Of a stretch of 64,000 nucleotides of DNA, positions 63,904-64,000 are shown piece after piece. Numbering within the stretch: position 1 is the stretch's first letter; each line of letters opens with the position of its first letter. Source of the stretch: Octopus bimaculoides. Its lineage: Eukaryota. The stretch lies in contig NC_069006.1 of assembly GCF_001194135.2 (NCBI RefSeq), positions 607,140 to 671,139 of the forward strand, given 5' to 3'. The notes under the pieces are model-generated. The model was given only the letters and a program-made list of their open reading frames with translations, did no database searches and was not told the origin of the DNA. The translations under genes and the position numbers were made by a program.

Positions 63904-64000
63904 ATGAGATGGCTTGGACGTGTTAGTCGTATGGAAGATGGCAGAATCCCCAAGGACATACTCTACGGAGAGCTTGCTAGGGACACTAGGTCTGTGGGAA
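63904..64000 (+). pseudogene. RTE-clade LINE ORF C-terminal fragment, cut by the window end
   Basis: MRWLGRVSRMEDGRIPKDILYGELARDTRSVG matches the RTE RLRWLGHV.RM...R.PK..LYGEL..G.R..GR motif. Confidence 0.85.

Overview
Draft-assembly eukaryotic DNA: AT-rich, about 19 N-gaps, and saturated with microsatellites such as (TA)n, (CA)n, (GA)n, (GATA)n, (TACA)n, (AAT)n, (AAC)n and (CAC/CAT)n. The SINE families and overall style point to an octopus genome; this is an inference with no database check. The window is mostly intronic or intergenic. Recognisable content: at least four tRNA-derived SINE families in dozens of copies, and decayed fragments of Tx1-like, R4/Dong-like (RLE), RTE and Penelope-like retroelements. 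There is also a near full-length Tigger/pogo transposon (about 56.7-58.9 kb), a Tigger-type MITE and three mariner remnants. No complete gene can be assembled. The best host coding candidates are a minus-strand terminal exon (34118-33939) and a plus-strand internal exon (25101-25326), neither assigned to a family. All long ORFs in the supplied track are artefacts of N-runs or simple repeats. The most unusual signals are two long fold-back palindromes 54 kb apart that share a ~30-bp core but have unrelated outer arms, a GTCGA-N5-TCGAC stem-loop shared by two different SINE families, and repeated insertion of one SINE family into (ATT/GTT)n arrays next to R4-like and Tx1-like LINE ends. I do not see evidence for a complete novel multi-gene system. 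Repeat boundaries were read by eye and are approximate.
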